A DNA stretch of 64,000 nucleotides from Candidatus Aquidulcis sp. (lineage in GTDB: Bacteria; Chloroflexota; Anaerolineae; UBA4142), in the NCBI GenBank assembly GCA_020723345.1, contig DYJA01000027.1, positions 794 through 64,793 of the forward strand. Reading direction: 5' to 3'. Made by a program: the position numbers and the translations under genes. The notes under the pieces are model-generated. The model was not told the origin of the DNA. It ran no database searches and saw only the letters and a program-made list of their open reading frames with translations. Shown here in pieces: positions 17,813-27,650 of this stretch (positions are counted from its first letter, which is position 1; each line of letters opens with the position of its first letter).

Positions 17813-18247
17813 TCACACGCCACTTGCCACTTTCTTCACCGGATTCGGTCCCATACGCTTGATCTCGGCGGTCAACTCAGCCACAGAGAAGGCGAATTGC
17901 CCGCCCATCGCCGACGACAAGTTGATCATCTGGACCCGGCGTCCTTCGAGACCGATCTGCTCCAACAACTGGCTGACGTATTCCACACGCTTGCGTGCCC
18001 GCAGATTACCTTCCAGGTAATGACAATCGCCTTCCAGTCAGCCCGCCACTAGCACACCATCGGCGCCATCCTCGAACGCGCGCAGCACGTACAACACGTC
18101 AAGTTTCCCGGTGCAAGGCAACTCGATGACCTTGATACAAGTCGGATACTCGAGGCGCATACTGCCTGCCAGGTCGGCGGCGGCGTACGCGCAATAGTGA
18201 CAACAAAAAGCGATGATTTGTGGTTCGAAGCCGTTGGATCCAGTCAC
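17813..18247 (-). CDS. mvhD: MvhD-like protein with a predicted selenocysteine (TGA at 18038-18040).
   Basis: The track ORF ends ...DGVLVAG at the TGA. The same frame continues LEGDCHYLEGNLRARKRVEYVSQLLEQIGLEGRRVQMINL...MGPNPVKKVASGV to the TGA at 17813-17815. The likely start is GTG 18247, after GGAG. Confidence 0.8.
18005..18021 (-). promoter_or_regulatory. SECIS-like hairpin downstream of the mvhD-2 UGA.
   Basis: AUUACC-UGGAA-GGUAAU forms a 6-bp stem with a 5-nt loop. It starts 16 nt after the UGA. Confidence 0.55.
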
Positions 18248-18302
18248 GTGTTTCTCCAAGTCAAGCAATCAGTGATTGGTCAATCAGAAATCGGGCGATC
18301 GG

Positions 18303-21300
18303 TCAACTGACTACTGATTGCCCAATTGACTGATTAACTGGTTGACCAAACAACGCATCCACCTTCGTCAAGTTCTGCCTGTCCGTACTGTGCATCAACT
18401 GAATCGCCTTCGCCGGACACTCCGCCGCGCAAATCCCGCAGCCGTGACAGACGGCAGTCTCGACGAATGCCGCGCCAAGGATGTTGCCCACACCAACTTC
18501 AGTTGGCATGATCTTCGGCACGTGGTACGGACAGGAGCGCACACACGTCAAGCAGCCGACACACTGCTCGGGGTTGACGATCGCGACGCGCGCGCTCGTC
18601 AGCATTTTTTCTTGCGCGAGAATGTTCGCCGCGCGCGCCGCGGCGGCTTGCGCCTGCACGATCGTCTCGTCCAGGAACTTTGGATAGTGCGCCACGCCCG
18701 CCATGAATATGCCGTCTGACGCGAAATCGACCGGGCGCAACTTGACGTGCGCCTCCAGGAAAAACCCGTCCATGTCCACCGGCACTTTGAGCGCGGTGCC
18801 CAATTCGCGCGCGCCCTTGGGCGCAACCACGGGCGTCGAAAGCACGAGCAGATCGGCGTTCAGCGTCAGTTCCTCGCCCAGCATCGGCTCCCAGACGCGG
18901 ACAGCCAGGCGACCGTTGACCGCTGACCGCTGACCGCTGCTGTCTGCCGTCTGCGGTCGGTCGTCTGCGATCAGCACATCCGGCTTGCGATCAAAATCGT
19001 AGCGGATAAACACCACGCCCGCGCGGCGCGCTTCGGTGTAAAGCCGTTCCTTGAACCCGTAGGTGCGAATGTCACGATAAATTATAGTCACGCGCGCCTG
19101 CGGATTCAACTCCTTGAGTTTGAGCGCGTTCTTGAGCGCGGTCGTGCAGCACAGGCGGCTGCAGAACTTTTCGCCCGGACCGACGCATTGGATCATCACC
19201 ACGTTTGTCAATTGGCGCTCAGTCAATTGGTCAACCAGTTGACTAGTTGCCTGATCGCCTGATCGCCTGACTGCCTGATCGCCCGATTGACTCAGAATCT
19301 GCTCAAACTCCAACTGCGTGACGATGCGCGGATCCTTGCCGTACCCGTACTCCTTGCCTTTGTACTCGACGCCGCCGGTGGCAACGATGGTCGCGCCATG
19401 CGACACGTGGAACGTCTGCCCATTGCGGAGCGTCGAAACAAAGTTGCCCTTGAATCCGCCGGTCTCGATCAACTGGGTGTTGAGGTGCACGGTAATCAAC
19501 CGATTTGTCTCGACGCGCGCGATCAAATCGCGCAGATACGCTTGCGCGTCTTCGAATTTCGACTCGCCATCCTGCGGCGGTTCCCAGGTCGGGAGGAAAC
19601 GCAAATGGCGCAAGTTGCCGCCGAGTTGATCCGTCCGCTCAACCAGATGCACGGGGAATCCTTGATCCGCGAGACTGAGCGCCGCGTTCATCCCCGCCGC
19701 CCCGCCGCCGATGATCAGCGCGGCATGGTTCACGCTGACTTGCGACGTGCTCAACGGTTCGAGTTGCGTCGCGCGCGCGACCGCCATCCGCGCCAACGTT
19801 TTGGCTTTTTCAGATGCGCCCGTGCGGTCGCTTCCATGCACCCACGAACATTGATTGCGGATGTTCGCCATTTCGAACAGGTACGGATTCAGCCCGGCTT
19901 GGCGGATCGCATCCTGGAACAATGGCTCGTGCGTCAACGGCGTACACGACGCGACGACAACGCGATTGAGATTCAATTCCTTGGTCTGCTCGATAATGTG
20001 CGCGATCGTGTCTTGCGAGCAGGTGTACAAATTATCTTCCGCGTGGACGACGCCGGGCAGCGTGCGCGCGTATGCCGCGACTCCCGGCACGTCGAGATAG
20101 CCGCCGATGTTCGAACCGCAGTGGCACACGAACACACCCACGCGCGGCAATTCGGTGGTCACCGCGCGCTCCGCCGGATATTCGCGTTGGCGCACCAGCG
20201 TGTGCCGCGCGGGCGCGAGCAAACGCGCCGCCGCGGTCGCCGCGCCGCTCGCTTCCATTACGGTTTCGGGAATGTCTTTCGGTTCGCGGAAAGGTCCCGC
20301 GACATAAATGCCCGCGCGACTGGATTGCAGCGGATCGAACAACGTCGTGTGACAAAAGCCGTACGGGTCGAGTTCGATGCCGAGTTTGTGCCCGAGTTGC
20401 TTGACGCCATCCGCGATCTCCATCCCCACGGAGAGCACGACGAGGTCGAATTCTTCTTCGATAACGGACGATCGGTAATCAGTCCATCGGTCAACTGGTT
20501 GCCCAACTGCCTGATCGCCTGATTGCCTGATCGCCTGATTGCCCGATTGACTAGTTGACTCCGTTACATAGCGCGCCACCAAGTTCCCATTCGCCGGATT
20601 TTCCTTCACCGACGAAATGCGACAGCGCGTATACTTGACCCCGTACTTTTTCTCCGCGCGGCGATAGTATTCCTCATAGCCCTTGCTGAACGCGCGCGTG
20701 TCCATGAAAAACACTTGACACTCGACCTGTCCGTCGTGCCCTTCGACCTTGGCGTGTTCGAGCGCCATGATCGCTTCTTTCGCCGCGTACATACAGCAGA
20801 CCGACGAGCAATAATCGTGACTCTGGTCGCGGCTGCCCACGCACTGCAAGAACGCGATGCGTTTGGGACTCGCGCCGTCCGACGGTCGCTTGACGTGTCC
20901 CTGCGTGGGTCCCGACGCGGAGAGCAAGCGTTCGAATTGCAGCGAGGTGACGACATTCGAGTACCGTCCCAGCCCGTACTCCTCGGACAACTCCGCGCGA
21001 TAAATCTGATACCCCGGCGCGAGAATCACCGCGCCCACTTGAATCCGCTCGGTGCGCTCGACCATGTCGTGGAGCACCGCGCCGCGCTGGCACGCGTAGT
21101 AGCAACTCAAACATTCCGAGCAAATGCCGCAGGCGAGACAGCGCGCCGCTTCGGTTTTCGCTTCCTCTTCGGTGTAGCCGCGCGCCACTTCGTCAAACGA
21201 TCTGACGCGCGCCGCGACATCGAGCGCGGACATTTTGACGCGCGGCTGCACGCGCACTTCGCCTTTTTCGATCCGCTGATCGATTTCCGCGCGCGTGAGT

Positions 21301-23060
21301 TTCACGACCGGCAGATCGAGCGCGCGCGGCGGTCGTTCGAGCGGCTTGCCTTGCAAGAAGAGTTGGATCGATTCCGCCGCGCGATGTCCGGCGGCGACTG
21401 CCTCGATCACGAACGCGGTGCCGGTCGCGACATCGCCCGCCGCGAAAACGCCGGGGCGCGTCGCCGCGAGCGTGTTCGGATTCACCGCGACGGTGCCGCG
21501 TCGCGTCGTGCCGACGCCGGTATCGGGAGGAATAAACGCGAGACCGGCGGCTTGCCCAATCGAAAAGACAACCGTGTCGCACGAAATCACGTGCTCGCTG
21601 CCTTCATGCGTCGTGATGTCGGGACGACCCTCGCTGTCAAAGCCCCTAAATTCGATGTTGCGGCACTCGACGCCTGCAACATGACCGGTGCCATCGTCCA
21701 ATATTTTTGTAAAAGAGCGCGCGGGAAAAATCTCGATGCCTTCTTCCTCGGCTTCTTGAATTTCCCACGGATGCGCCGGCATTTTCTCGCGCGATTCGAG
21801 ACACGCCATCTTGACTTTTCTCGCGCCGAGACGCACCGCCGTGCGCGCGACATCAATCGCGACGTTGCCGCCGCCGAGCACTAACACATCGCGCCCGAGC
21901 ACTGCCGGAGCGTTGCCGAGCCGCGTGTCGCGCAGAAAGATCGTGTTGATCATCACCCCGGTGAGATCCGCGCCGGGGATTCGCAATTTCTTGCCTTCGT
22001 GCGCGCCGACCGAGATCAGCACCGCGTTGAAACCTTCGTCGAACAACGCGTCCAGATTCGTCACCGGCGAATTCAACCGCAACTCGACGCCGAGATCGAC
22101 GATGTCTTGCACTTCGCGATCGACCATCGCGGACGGCAGCCGATATTCCGGCACGCCGACGCGCAACATGCCGCCCGCGACCGGCAGCGATTCGAACACG
22201 GTGACGCCGTAACCTTGCTTGACCAAATCCATCGCGGCGGTGAGTCCGCACGGACCGGAGCCGATGATCGCGATGCGTTCATCGCGCGTCCGCGCAACCG
22301 GTTCGATCTTGGGACGCGGCTTGGCGTACACCTGATCGACGAGAAAACGCTTGAGGTCTTTGATCGCGATCGGTTCATCCAACTGACCGCGATTGCACTC
22401 GGTCTCGCAGCGATGATTGCAGATGCGTCCGCAAATTCCCGGGAACGGATTTTCTTCTTTGATGACGCGCAGCGCGTCTTCGTACCGGCCCTCGCGCACG
22501 AGCGCGATGTACCCCTGCGCGCGCGTGTTAACCGGGCACGCGTCGCGGCACGGCGAAACGCCGCGCTTGTCAATCGCGTACGCGGCGGGAACTGCCTGCG
22601 GATAGAGCCGATAAACGGCGTGCCGCTGCGCCAGGTTCGCGTTGTACGGGTCAGGCAAGTTGATCGGACAAACTTTTTCGCAATCGCCGCAGCCGACGCA
22701 CTTCACCAGATCAATATAGCGCGGCTTGCGGCGCAGCGTCGCGGTGAAATTGCCCGCGCGTCCCTGCACATCCACAACTTCGGTGTCCACCAGAATCTGG
22801 ATGTTGAGGTTGTTGCCCGCTTCGTTGAGTTTCGGCGAGATCGTGCACATCGCGCAGTCGTTCGTCGGGAACGTCTTGTCGAGTTGCGCCATGTGCCCGC
22901 CAATCGCGGACTTGCTTTCGACCATGTACACTTTAAAGCCGGCTTCAGCCAGGTCGAGTGATGCTTGAATTCCCGCGATCCCGCCGCCGACGACCATCAC
23001 GGCGCCGACAGGTGGCGGATTTGCATTCGGTTGTTGGGCGTGACCGTCATCAGTCATCAT
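18303..23060 (-). CDS. hdrA: Giant HdrA-like flavoprotein, paralog 2, with the same HdrA + GltD/NfnB-like + second-HdrA architecture.
   Basis: 1585 aa and collinear with 9574-14211. Shared motifs include VVGGGIAGIQASLDLA...TNDCAMC, CNHRCETECNRG...IIGSGPCGLTAA, GGGAAGMNAALSLA and the C-terminal CVGCLTCVRSCP...CHGCGICAAECP. Confidence 0.9.
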   Translation of the reverse strand: MMTDDGHAQQPNANPPPVGAVMVVGGGIAGIQASLDLAEAGFKVYMVESKSAIGGHMAQLDKTFPTNDCAMCTISPKLNEAGNNLNIQILVDTEVVDVQGRAGNFTATLRRKPRYIDLVKCVGCGDCEKVCPINLPDPYNANLAQRHAVYRLYPQAVPAAYAIDKRGVSPCRDACPVNTRAQGYIALVREGRYEDALRVIKEENPFPGICGRICNHRCETECNRGQLDEPIAIKDLKRFLVDQVYAKPRPKIEPVARTRDERIAIIGSGPCGLTAAMDLVKQGYGVTVFESLPVAGGMLRVGVPEYRLPSAMVDREVQDIVDLGVELRLNSPVTNLDALFDEGFNAVLISVGAHEGKKLRIPGADLTGVMINTIFLRDTRLGNAPAVLGRDVLVLGGGNVAIDVARTAVRLGARKVKMACLESREKMPAHPWEIQEAEEEGIEIFPARSFTKILDDGTGHVAGVECRNIEFRGFDSEGRPDITTHEGSEHVISCDTVVFSIGQAAGLAFIPPDTGVGTTRRGTVAVNPNTLAATRPGVFAAGDVATGTAFVIEAVAAGHRAAESIQLFLQGKPLERPPRALDLPVVKLTRAEIDQRIEKGEVRVQPRVKMSALDVAARVRSFDEVARGYTEEEAKTEAARCLACGICSECLSCYYACQRGAVLHDMVERTERIQVGAVILAPGYQIYRAELSEEYGLGRYSNVVTSLQFERLLSASGPTQGHVKRPSDGASPKRIAFLQCVGSRDQSHDYCSSVCCMYAAKEAIMALEHAKVEGHDGQVECQVFFMDTRAFSKGYEEYYRRAEKKYGVKYTRCRISSVKENPANGNLVARYVTESTSQSGNQAIRQSGDQAVGQPVDRWTDYRSSVIEEEFDLVVLSVGMEIADGVKQLGHKLGIELDPYGFCHTTLFDPLQSSRAGIYVAGPFREPKDIPETVMEASGAATAAARLLAPARHTLVRQREYPAERAVTTELPRVGVFVCHCGSNIGGYLDVPGVAAYARTLPGVVHAEDNLYTCSQDTIAHIIEQTKELNLNRVVVASCTPLTHEPLFQDAIRQAGLNPYLFEMANIRNQCSWVHGSDRTGASEKAKTLARMAVARATQLEPLSTSQVSVNHAALIIGGGAAGMNAALSLADQGFPVHLVERTDQLGGNLRHLRFLPTWEPPQDGESKFEDAQAYLRDLIARVETNRLITVHLNTQLIETGGFKGNFVSTLRNGQTFHVSHGATIVATGGVEYKGKEYGYGKDPRIVTQLEFEQILSQSGDQAVRRSGDQATSQLVDQLTERQLTNVVMIQCVGPGEKFCSRLCCTTALKNALKLKELNPQARVTIIYRDIRTYGFKERLYTEARRAGVVFIRYDFDRKPDVLIADDRPQTADSSGQRSAVNGRLAVRVWEPMLGEELTLNADLLVLSTPVVAPKGARELGTALKVPVDMDGFFLEAHVKLRPVDFASDGIFMAGVAHYPKFLDETIVQAQAAAARAANILAQEKMLTSARVAIVNPEQCVGCLTCVRSCPYHVPKIMPTEVGVGNILGAAFVETAVCHGCGICAAECPAKAIQLMHSTDRQNLTKVDALFGQPVNQSIGQSVVS

Positions 23061-23096
23061 TGTTCCCTCGTCATCAAAGCCGGACCAGATTAGTGG

Positions 23097-23125
23097 TTGC
23101 TAAACCGCGACGCGCGTGCTATAAT
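23097..23125 (+). promoter_or_regulatory. Sigma70-like promoter for the second DUF2283-type cassette.
   Basis: TTGCTA (23097-23102), a 17-nt spacer, then the extended -10 TGcTATAAT (23117-23125). Confidence 0.5.
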
Positions 23126-23142
23126 AAGCCAAGAAAATCACA

Positions 23143-23529
23143 GTGGGGTCAGCAGTGGTCGAGCGACAAATCCTTTGGACGGTAACAGACCCACGCGGGA
23201 CAAGCGTATCTCTCACCGAAGACGTTTGGCAAGAACACACTGCTTATCGTCCAGAAATCGCCGCGTATCTCGATGCGATTCGCTTGACCATTGAGAACCC
23301 TGACGCCATCTACTTTGATCCCAAGACAACTGCGCGCAGAACGACCGGAGCGAGAATTTACCTGTATTACCGCAGCAATCTGACTCACGGAAAATACGCC
23401 GGGAACTATGTTGTCGTCGTGGTTAAGCTTGTGCTTGAATCCGATCACATCCAGCGCGGCTATGTCGAATCGGCGATGTTGCCTGGGCGTATAATGAAAA
23501 GGGCGGTACTCGAATGGCAAAGACCATGA
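23143..23529 (+). CDS. Toxin-like small protein (DUF4258 / PBECR-like; uncertain).
   Basis: 128-aa ORF with a GTG start. It overlaps the following DUF2283-like gene by 16 nt. The pattern ...ENPDAIYFD...YLYYR...VVVVV... resembles small RNase-type toxins. Confidence 0.5.
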   Translation: MGSAVVERQILWTVTDPRGTSVSLTEDVWQEHTAYRPEIAAYLDAIRLTIENPDAIYFDPKTTARRTTGARIYLYYRSNLTHGKYAGNYVVVVVKLVLESDHIQRGYVESAMLPGRIMKRAVLEWQRP

Positions 23530-23804
23530 AAATAACCGATTATCACTACTATCCAGACAGTGACGAACTTGACCTCGTCATCAACGTAGACAAACCCCAG
23601 CCCGCGATCTCGGTCTACGTGGACGACGATTTCTACCTGCGTGTGAACCCTGATACGCAGCAAGTCGTCGGCGCAACGATTCTCAACGCGAGCGAAGTTT
23701 TCGCAAACCTCGCGCGGGCTTTTGCGCTAAAGGAATTGGACGATTCCAACGTGCGCTTTTTCTTCGAGCGCAAGGTTGAATCGTTCGCCCTCGAACCTGC
23801 GTAA
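23514..23804 (+). CDS. DUF2283-like antitoxin candidate.
   Basis: 96 aa: MKITDYHYYPDSDELDLVI...VVGATIL, a DUF2283-like pattern. Confidence 0.6.
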   Translation: MAKTMKITDYHYYPDSDELDLVINVDKPQPAISVYVDDDFYLRVNPDTQQVVGATILNASEVFANLARAFALKELDDSNVRFFFERKVESFALEPA

Positions 23805-23925
23805 GCGGCGGACTTGCATCCACGCGTACTTTTCCCCTCTGCTCTCAATCTCGCACAAGTGACAGGTGACAGGATGAGTCGCACGTCACCTGTCACTTCC
23901 CTTGTCACTTGTTCCTCGCTGCCTG

Positions 23926-24354
23926 TCACTTTTTCTTCACCGGATTCGGTCCCAACTTTTTTACGCGTTCGACCATCGTCTCGGCAGCAGTCGCGAACGT
24001 CTTGCCTTGTCCGCCACTCATAAAAAACATGTCGAGCCGCTCGCCGCCGACGCCGATTTCGTCCAGGATTCTCTTTGCGCGCTCGACGCGCTTTTTGCCG
24101 CGCTCGTTCCCTTTGACGTGATGGCAGTTGCCCAGCGGACACGCGACGACGTACACGCCGTCCGCGCCTTGCTCGAACGCGGCGAGAATATAGCGCACGT
24201 CAATCTTGCCGGTGCATGGCAATTTCACGTACTTGACGTTCGACGGATATTCCCAACCGAGCGTGCCTGCCGTGTCCGCCGCCATGTATCCGCAAAAGAT
24301 GCAGCCGAACGCGGTGATGTCTGGTTCAAAGCCGTTTTTTCCGTTGTTACTCAT
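23926..24354 (-). CDS. mvhD: MvhD-like protein, the Cys-containing paralog.
   Basis: 142-aa uninterrupted ORF. GFEPDITAFGC..C...LPCTGKIDV...GADGVYVVACPLGNCHHVKGN aligns with the two TGA-containing paralogs. Confidence 0.9.
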   Translation of the reverse strand: MSNNGKNGFEPDITAFGCIFCGYMAADTAGTLGWEYPSNVKYVKLPCTGKIDVRYILAAFEQGADGVYVVACPLGNCHHVKGNERGKKRVERAKRILDEIGVGGERLDMFFMSGGQGKTFATAAETMVERVKKLGPNPVKKK

Positions 24355-24431
24355 TCTTATTCTCGACTCTCGTGATGCGTGAAACGTGATACGTGATCAC
24401 GATTCACGCATCACGCATCACGTTTCATATC

Positions 24432-27400
24432 CTACGCCGTCACCCAACTTCCCAGCCCTGCCGTCTCGCGCAGCATGATTTGTTCGTCGCGATAATTCAC
24501 GAGTTGAATCGCGGTCGCCGGACATTCGCCGGTGCAAGTGCCGCAACCCTGACATTTCGCCGGATCGATCCACGCCGCGCCCATGATGTTGCCGTTTCCC
24601 ACAACCTTGGGATCGATCTGCGGAATGAGGAACGGGCACGTGCGCGTACACGTCAAACAGCCAACGCATTTCGATTGATCCACCTGCGCGACTACGCCGC
24701 CGACGTACAGCGGTTCCTGCGACAAAATCGTGACGACCCGCGCCGCCGCGGCGAGCGCGTGCGCGATCGATTCTTCGATGAATTTTGGATAGTGCGCCAT
24801 CCCCGCGATGAAGATGCCTTCTTCCATGAAATCCATCGGACGCATCTTCAAGTGCGCTTCCATGAAGAATCCTTCCGACGAAAGCGGCACGCGCAAAATC
24901 TGCGCGAGTTTTTCCGCGCCATCCGACGGCGTGACCTGCGTGCTGACCACGAGCAAATCGGGACGCAAAGTCAATTCCTCTTTCAAAACGGGTTCCTGCA
25001 CTCGCACTTGCAGCGACGTGAAAGCGAGATCGCCCCGGGGCAGCGCGCCCCATTCCTTCATCTCTCCTCTTTCATCCTTCATCTCTACGACCGGCTTCGT
25101 TTCGTCGGTGTAGCGAATGAACAACACCCCGCGCCGCCGCGCTTCGGTATAGTACTGTTCGCGGAAACCGTAAGTGATAATGTCCTTGTAGAGAACGACG
25201 ACTTCGCACTGCGGGTTCAGCATCTTGATGCGCGTCGCATTCTTCATCGTGTTGGTGCAGCAAACGCGCGAGCAGTATTCGGGATGACCCGGTTCGCGCA
25301 CGCATTGAATAATGACGACGCGCTTCAACTCGGCGACCCGCTCCGGCGAATGGACGATCATCTCTTCCAATTGATGCTGCGAAACGACGCGCGGATCTTG
25401 TCCCAGCAAATATTCTTTGCCGCGATGTTCCTGTCCGCCGGTCGCGACAATCGTCGTGCCGTGTTCGATGATCGACTGCACCGGCTGCGGCGCGCCCTTG
25501 ACGTGCGTCGCAAGCACGGTGCGAAACGCGCCGACGTGCCCACGATGTTCGATCACCTGACTGCGCGTAAAGACGCGAATGCGATCGTGTCCGACGACGC
25601 GGTTGATCAAATCGCGCAGCAACCTCTGGGGATTACTGCCTTCGACGGTAAAATGAATGTTGTGCAAATTCCCGCCGAGGTTTTCTTCGCGTTCGACCAA
25701 GACGACTTCGTACCCGGCGTCCGCGACCGCGAGCGCAGCCGTCATCCCGGTAACCCCGCCGCCGATGACGAGCGTGCGCGGAATCGGCTTGATGCCGGTC
25801 TTGTACACCGGCGCGAGTTGGGTCGCGCGTGCGGCGGCGACGCGCACCAGTTCCTGCGCTTTGCGCGTCGCGCCCGCCGGATCGTGCCGGTGCACCCACG
25901 CGCATCCTTCGCGAATATTCGCCATCTCCAACAAGTTCGCGTTGAGCCGCGCTTCGCGAATGACGCGCTGGAACAACGATTCGTGCGTGCGGTGCGAACA
26001 CGCGGCGACGACGACGCGGTTGATCCCGTGCGCCTCGATGGCGTGGCGAATGCGCGCCTGACCTTCCGGTAAGCAGAGGTACGCGACGTGTTCGGCAAGC
26101 GCGACGTTGGGCAGTTTTTCAGCGGACGCGGTTAGCGTGTCAGTGCTGACGACCTGGGAGATCGCGTCGCCGCATGAACAAACGAACACACCGAGACGCG
26201 CGGGTTCGTTCGCGACATTGCGCTCGGGCTGAAATTCACCGTCGTGCGCGATGAAGGGATGCTCGCGGCTGCGCGGCGCGCGGCTGATCTTCGTCGAAAG
26301 CAAACGCATCACTTCCGCCGCCGCGCCGCTCGCGTCGATGATGCTTTCGGCGATTTCTTTGGGCGATTGGAACGCGCCGCAAACGTACACGCCGGGTTTG
26401 TTCGTTTGCAGCGGCGCGAATTTGTCCGTCTCGCAAAAGCCGTAGGAATTCAGCGTGATACCGAGTTGTTTCGCGAGCGCGGTGGCTTGCGCGGGCGGCT
26501 CCATGCCGACCGCGAGAACGACCATGTCGAAATTTTCTTTCTGCCGCGCGCCATCCGCCGCGACATATTCCGCGACGAGATTGTGCGTCTCCGGATCCTC
26601 TTTCAAATTCGAAACGCGGCAGTGCGTGTAATCAATGTGATATTGCTCGCGCGCTTGTTTGAGGTACGCGCTGTACTCTTTGTTGAACGCGCGCTCGTCC
26701 ATCGAAAAAATGCGGCAGTCGACGCCGGGGACACGCTGCTTCGCCAGCATCGCCTCTTTCGTCGCGAACATGCAGCAGATCGACGAGCAGTACGGATGCG
26801 TCTGATCGCGCGAGCCGACGCACTGCAACCACGCGACCTTTTTCGGCGCGGCGCCGTCGGACGGACGCGTGATCATGCCTTCGGTCGGACCGGAACGGCT
26901 GGCGAGCCGTTCGTACTCCATGCTCGTGATGACGTTGGAGAAACGGCCATACCCAAATTCTTCGCTCAAGCGCGGATCGTACAATTGATGGCCGACCGCC
27001 AGAATGATCGCATCCACATGAACGTCCGCGTCGCGCGCGGTTTCTTTCAAATTGATCGCGCGGGTCGGGCAAATCTGTTCGCAGCGGCGACAGTCGTCGC
27101 AGTACGGACCGTAGTCAATGACGTACGCGTTCGGTGTGGCGCGCGGCGCGATTTTGTACGCGGCGCGACGCGTGGTCAGTCCGGCTTCGAACCCGCGCGG
27201 CTTTTCGACCGGGCAAACTTCGGCGCAGCGGCCGCAGTTGGTACAGCGTTCCGGTTCCACATAGCGCGGCTGTTTCCGCAGCGTGACGGTGTAATCCCCG
27301 GCTTCGCCGGACGCGTTAAGTACCTGGGTGCCGGTCCACACCTCGATGTTGGGATGCAAATTGTAATCCATGAACGCGGGCGAAATCGCCGGACGCGTAC

Positions 27401-27641
27401 AGCCGTAGCCGTGATCCGAAGTGCCGCGACAGAGCACGCAGTCGTGCGTCGGAAACATAAAGCCGAGTTGTGCGACGCGTCCGCCAAGTCCGTGCGACGA
27501 TTCGACCAGGATCGCGCGAATTCCGGCTTCAGCCAGATCAATCGCCGCGCGCATACCGGCGACGCCGCCGCCGAGAACCATGACGGTGGCGACATCCTGC
27601 GTACGATTGGGATGATGGAGAGAATCGAAATTGTTGATCAC
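24432..27641 (-). CDS. hdrA: Double-module HdrA-like flavoprotein, paralog 3, lacking the GltD/NfnB-like insertion.
   Basis: 1069 aa with VLGGGVAGMRAAIDLA...THDCVLC, a second GGGVTGMTAALAVA module, and the C-terminal CVGCLTCTRTCP...CQGCGTCTGECP. Confidence 0.9.
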   Translation of the reverse strand: MINNFDSLHHPNRTQDVATVMVLGGGVAGMRAAIDLAEAGIRAILVESSHGLGGRVAQLGFMFPTHDCVLCRGTSDHGYGCTRPAISPAFMDYNLHPNIEVWTGTQVLNASGEAGDYTVTLRKQPRYVEPERCTNCGRCAEVCPVEKPRGFEAGLTTRRAAYKIAPRATPNAYVIDYGPYCDDCRRCEQICPTRAINLKETARDADVHVDAIILAVGHQLYDPRLSEEFGYGRFSNVITSMEYERLASRSGPTEGMITRPSDGAAPKKVAWLQCVGSRDQTHPYCSSICCMFATKEAMLAKQRVPGVDCRIFSMDERAFNKEYSAYLKQAREQYHIDYTHCRVSNLKEDPETHNLVAEYVAADGARQKENFDMVVLAVGMEPPAQATALAKQLGITLNSYGFCETDKFAPLQTNKPGVYVCGAFQSPKEIAESIIDASGAAAEVMRLLSTKISRAPRSREHPFIAHDGEFQPERNVANEPARLGVFVCSCGDAISQVVSTDTLTASAEKLPNVALAEHVAYLCLPEGQARIRHAIEAHGINRVVVAACSHRTHESLFQRVIREARLNANLLEMANIREGCAWVHRHDPAGATRKAQELVRVAAARATQLAPVYKTGIKPIPRTLVIGGGVTGMTAALAVADAGYEVVLVEREENLGGNLHNIHFTVEGSNPQRLLRDLINRVVGHDRIRVFTRSQVIEHRGHVGAFRTVLATHVKGAPQPVQSIIEHGTTIVATGGQEHRGKEYLLGQDPRVVSQHQLEEMIVHSPERVAELKRVVIIQCVREPGHPEYCSRVCCTNTMKNATRIKMLNPQCEVVVLYKDIITYGFREQYYTEARRRGVLFIRYTDETKPVVEMKDERGEMKEWGALPRGDLAFTSLQVRVQEPVLKEELTLRPDLLVVSTQVTPSDGAEKLAQILRVPLSSEGFFMEAHLKMRPMDFMEEGIFIAGMAHYPKFIEESIAHALAAAARVVTILSQEPLYVGGVVAQVDQSKCVGCLTCTRTCPFLIPQIDPKVVGNGNIMGAAWIDPAKCQGCGTCTGECPATAIQLVNYRDEQIMLRETAGLGSWVTA

Positions 27642-27650
27642 AATATAACC

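Noticed and set aside
9574-27641. Selenocysteine codons inside the hdrA paralogs. Large HdrA-like proteins in some anaerobes are selenoproteins.
   Set aside because: All three hdrA reading frames are uninterrupted from start to stop, with no in-frame TGA.
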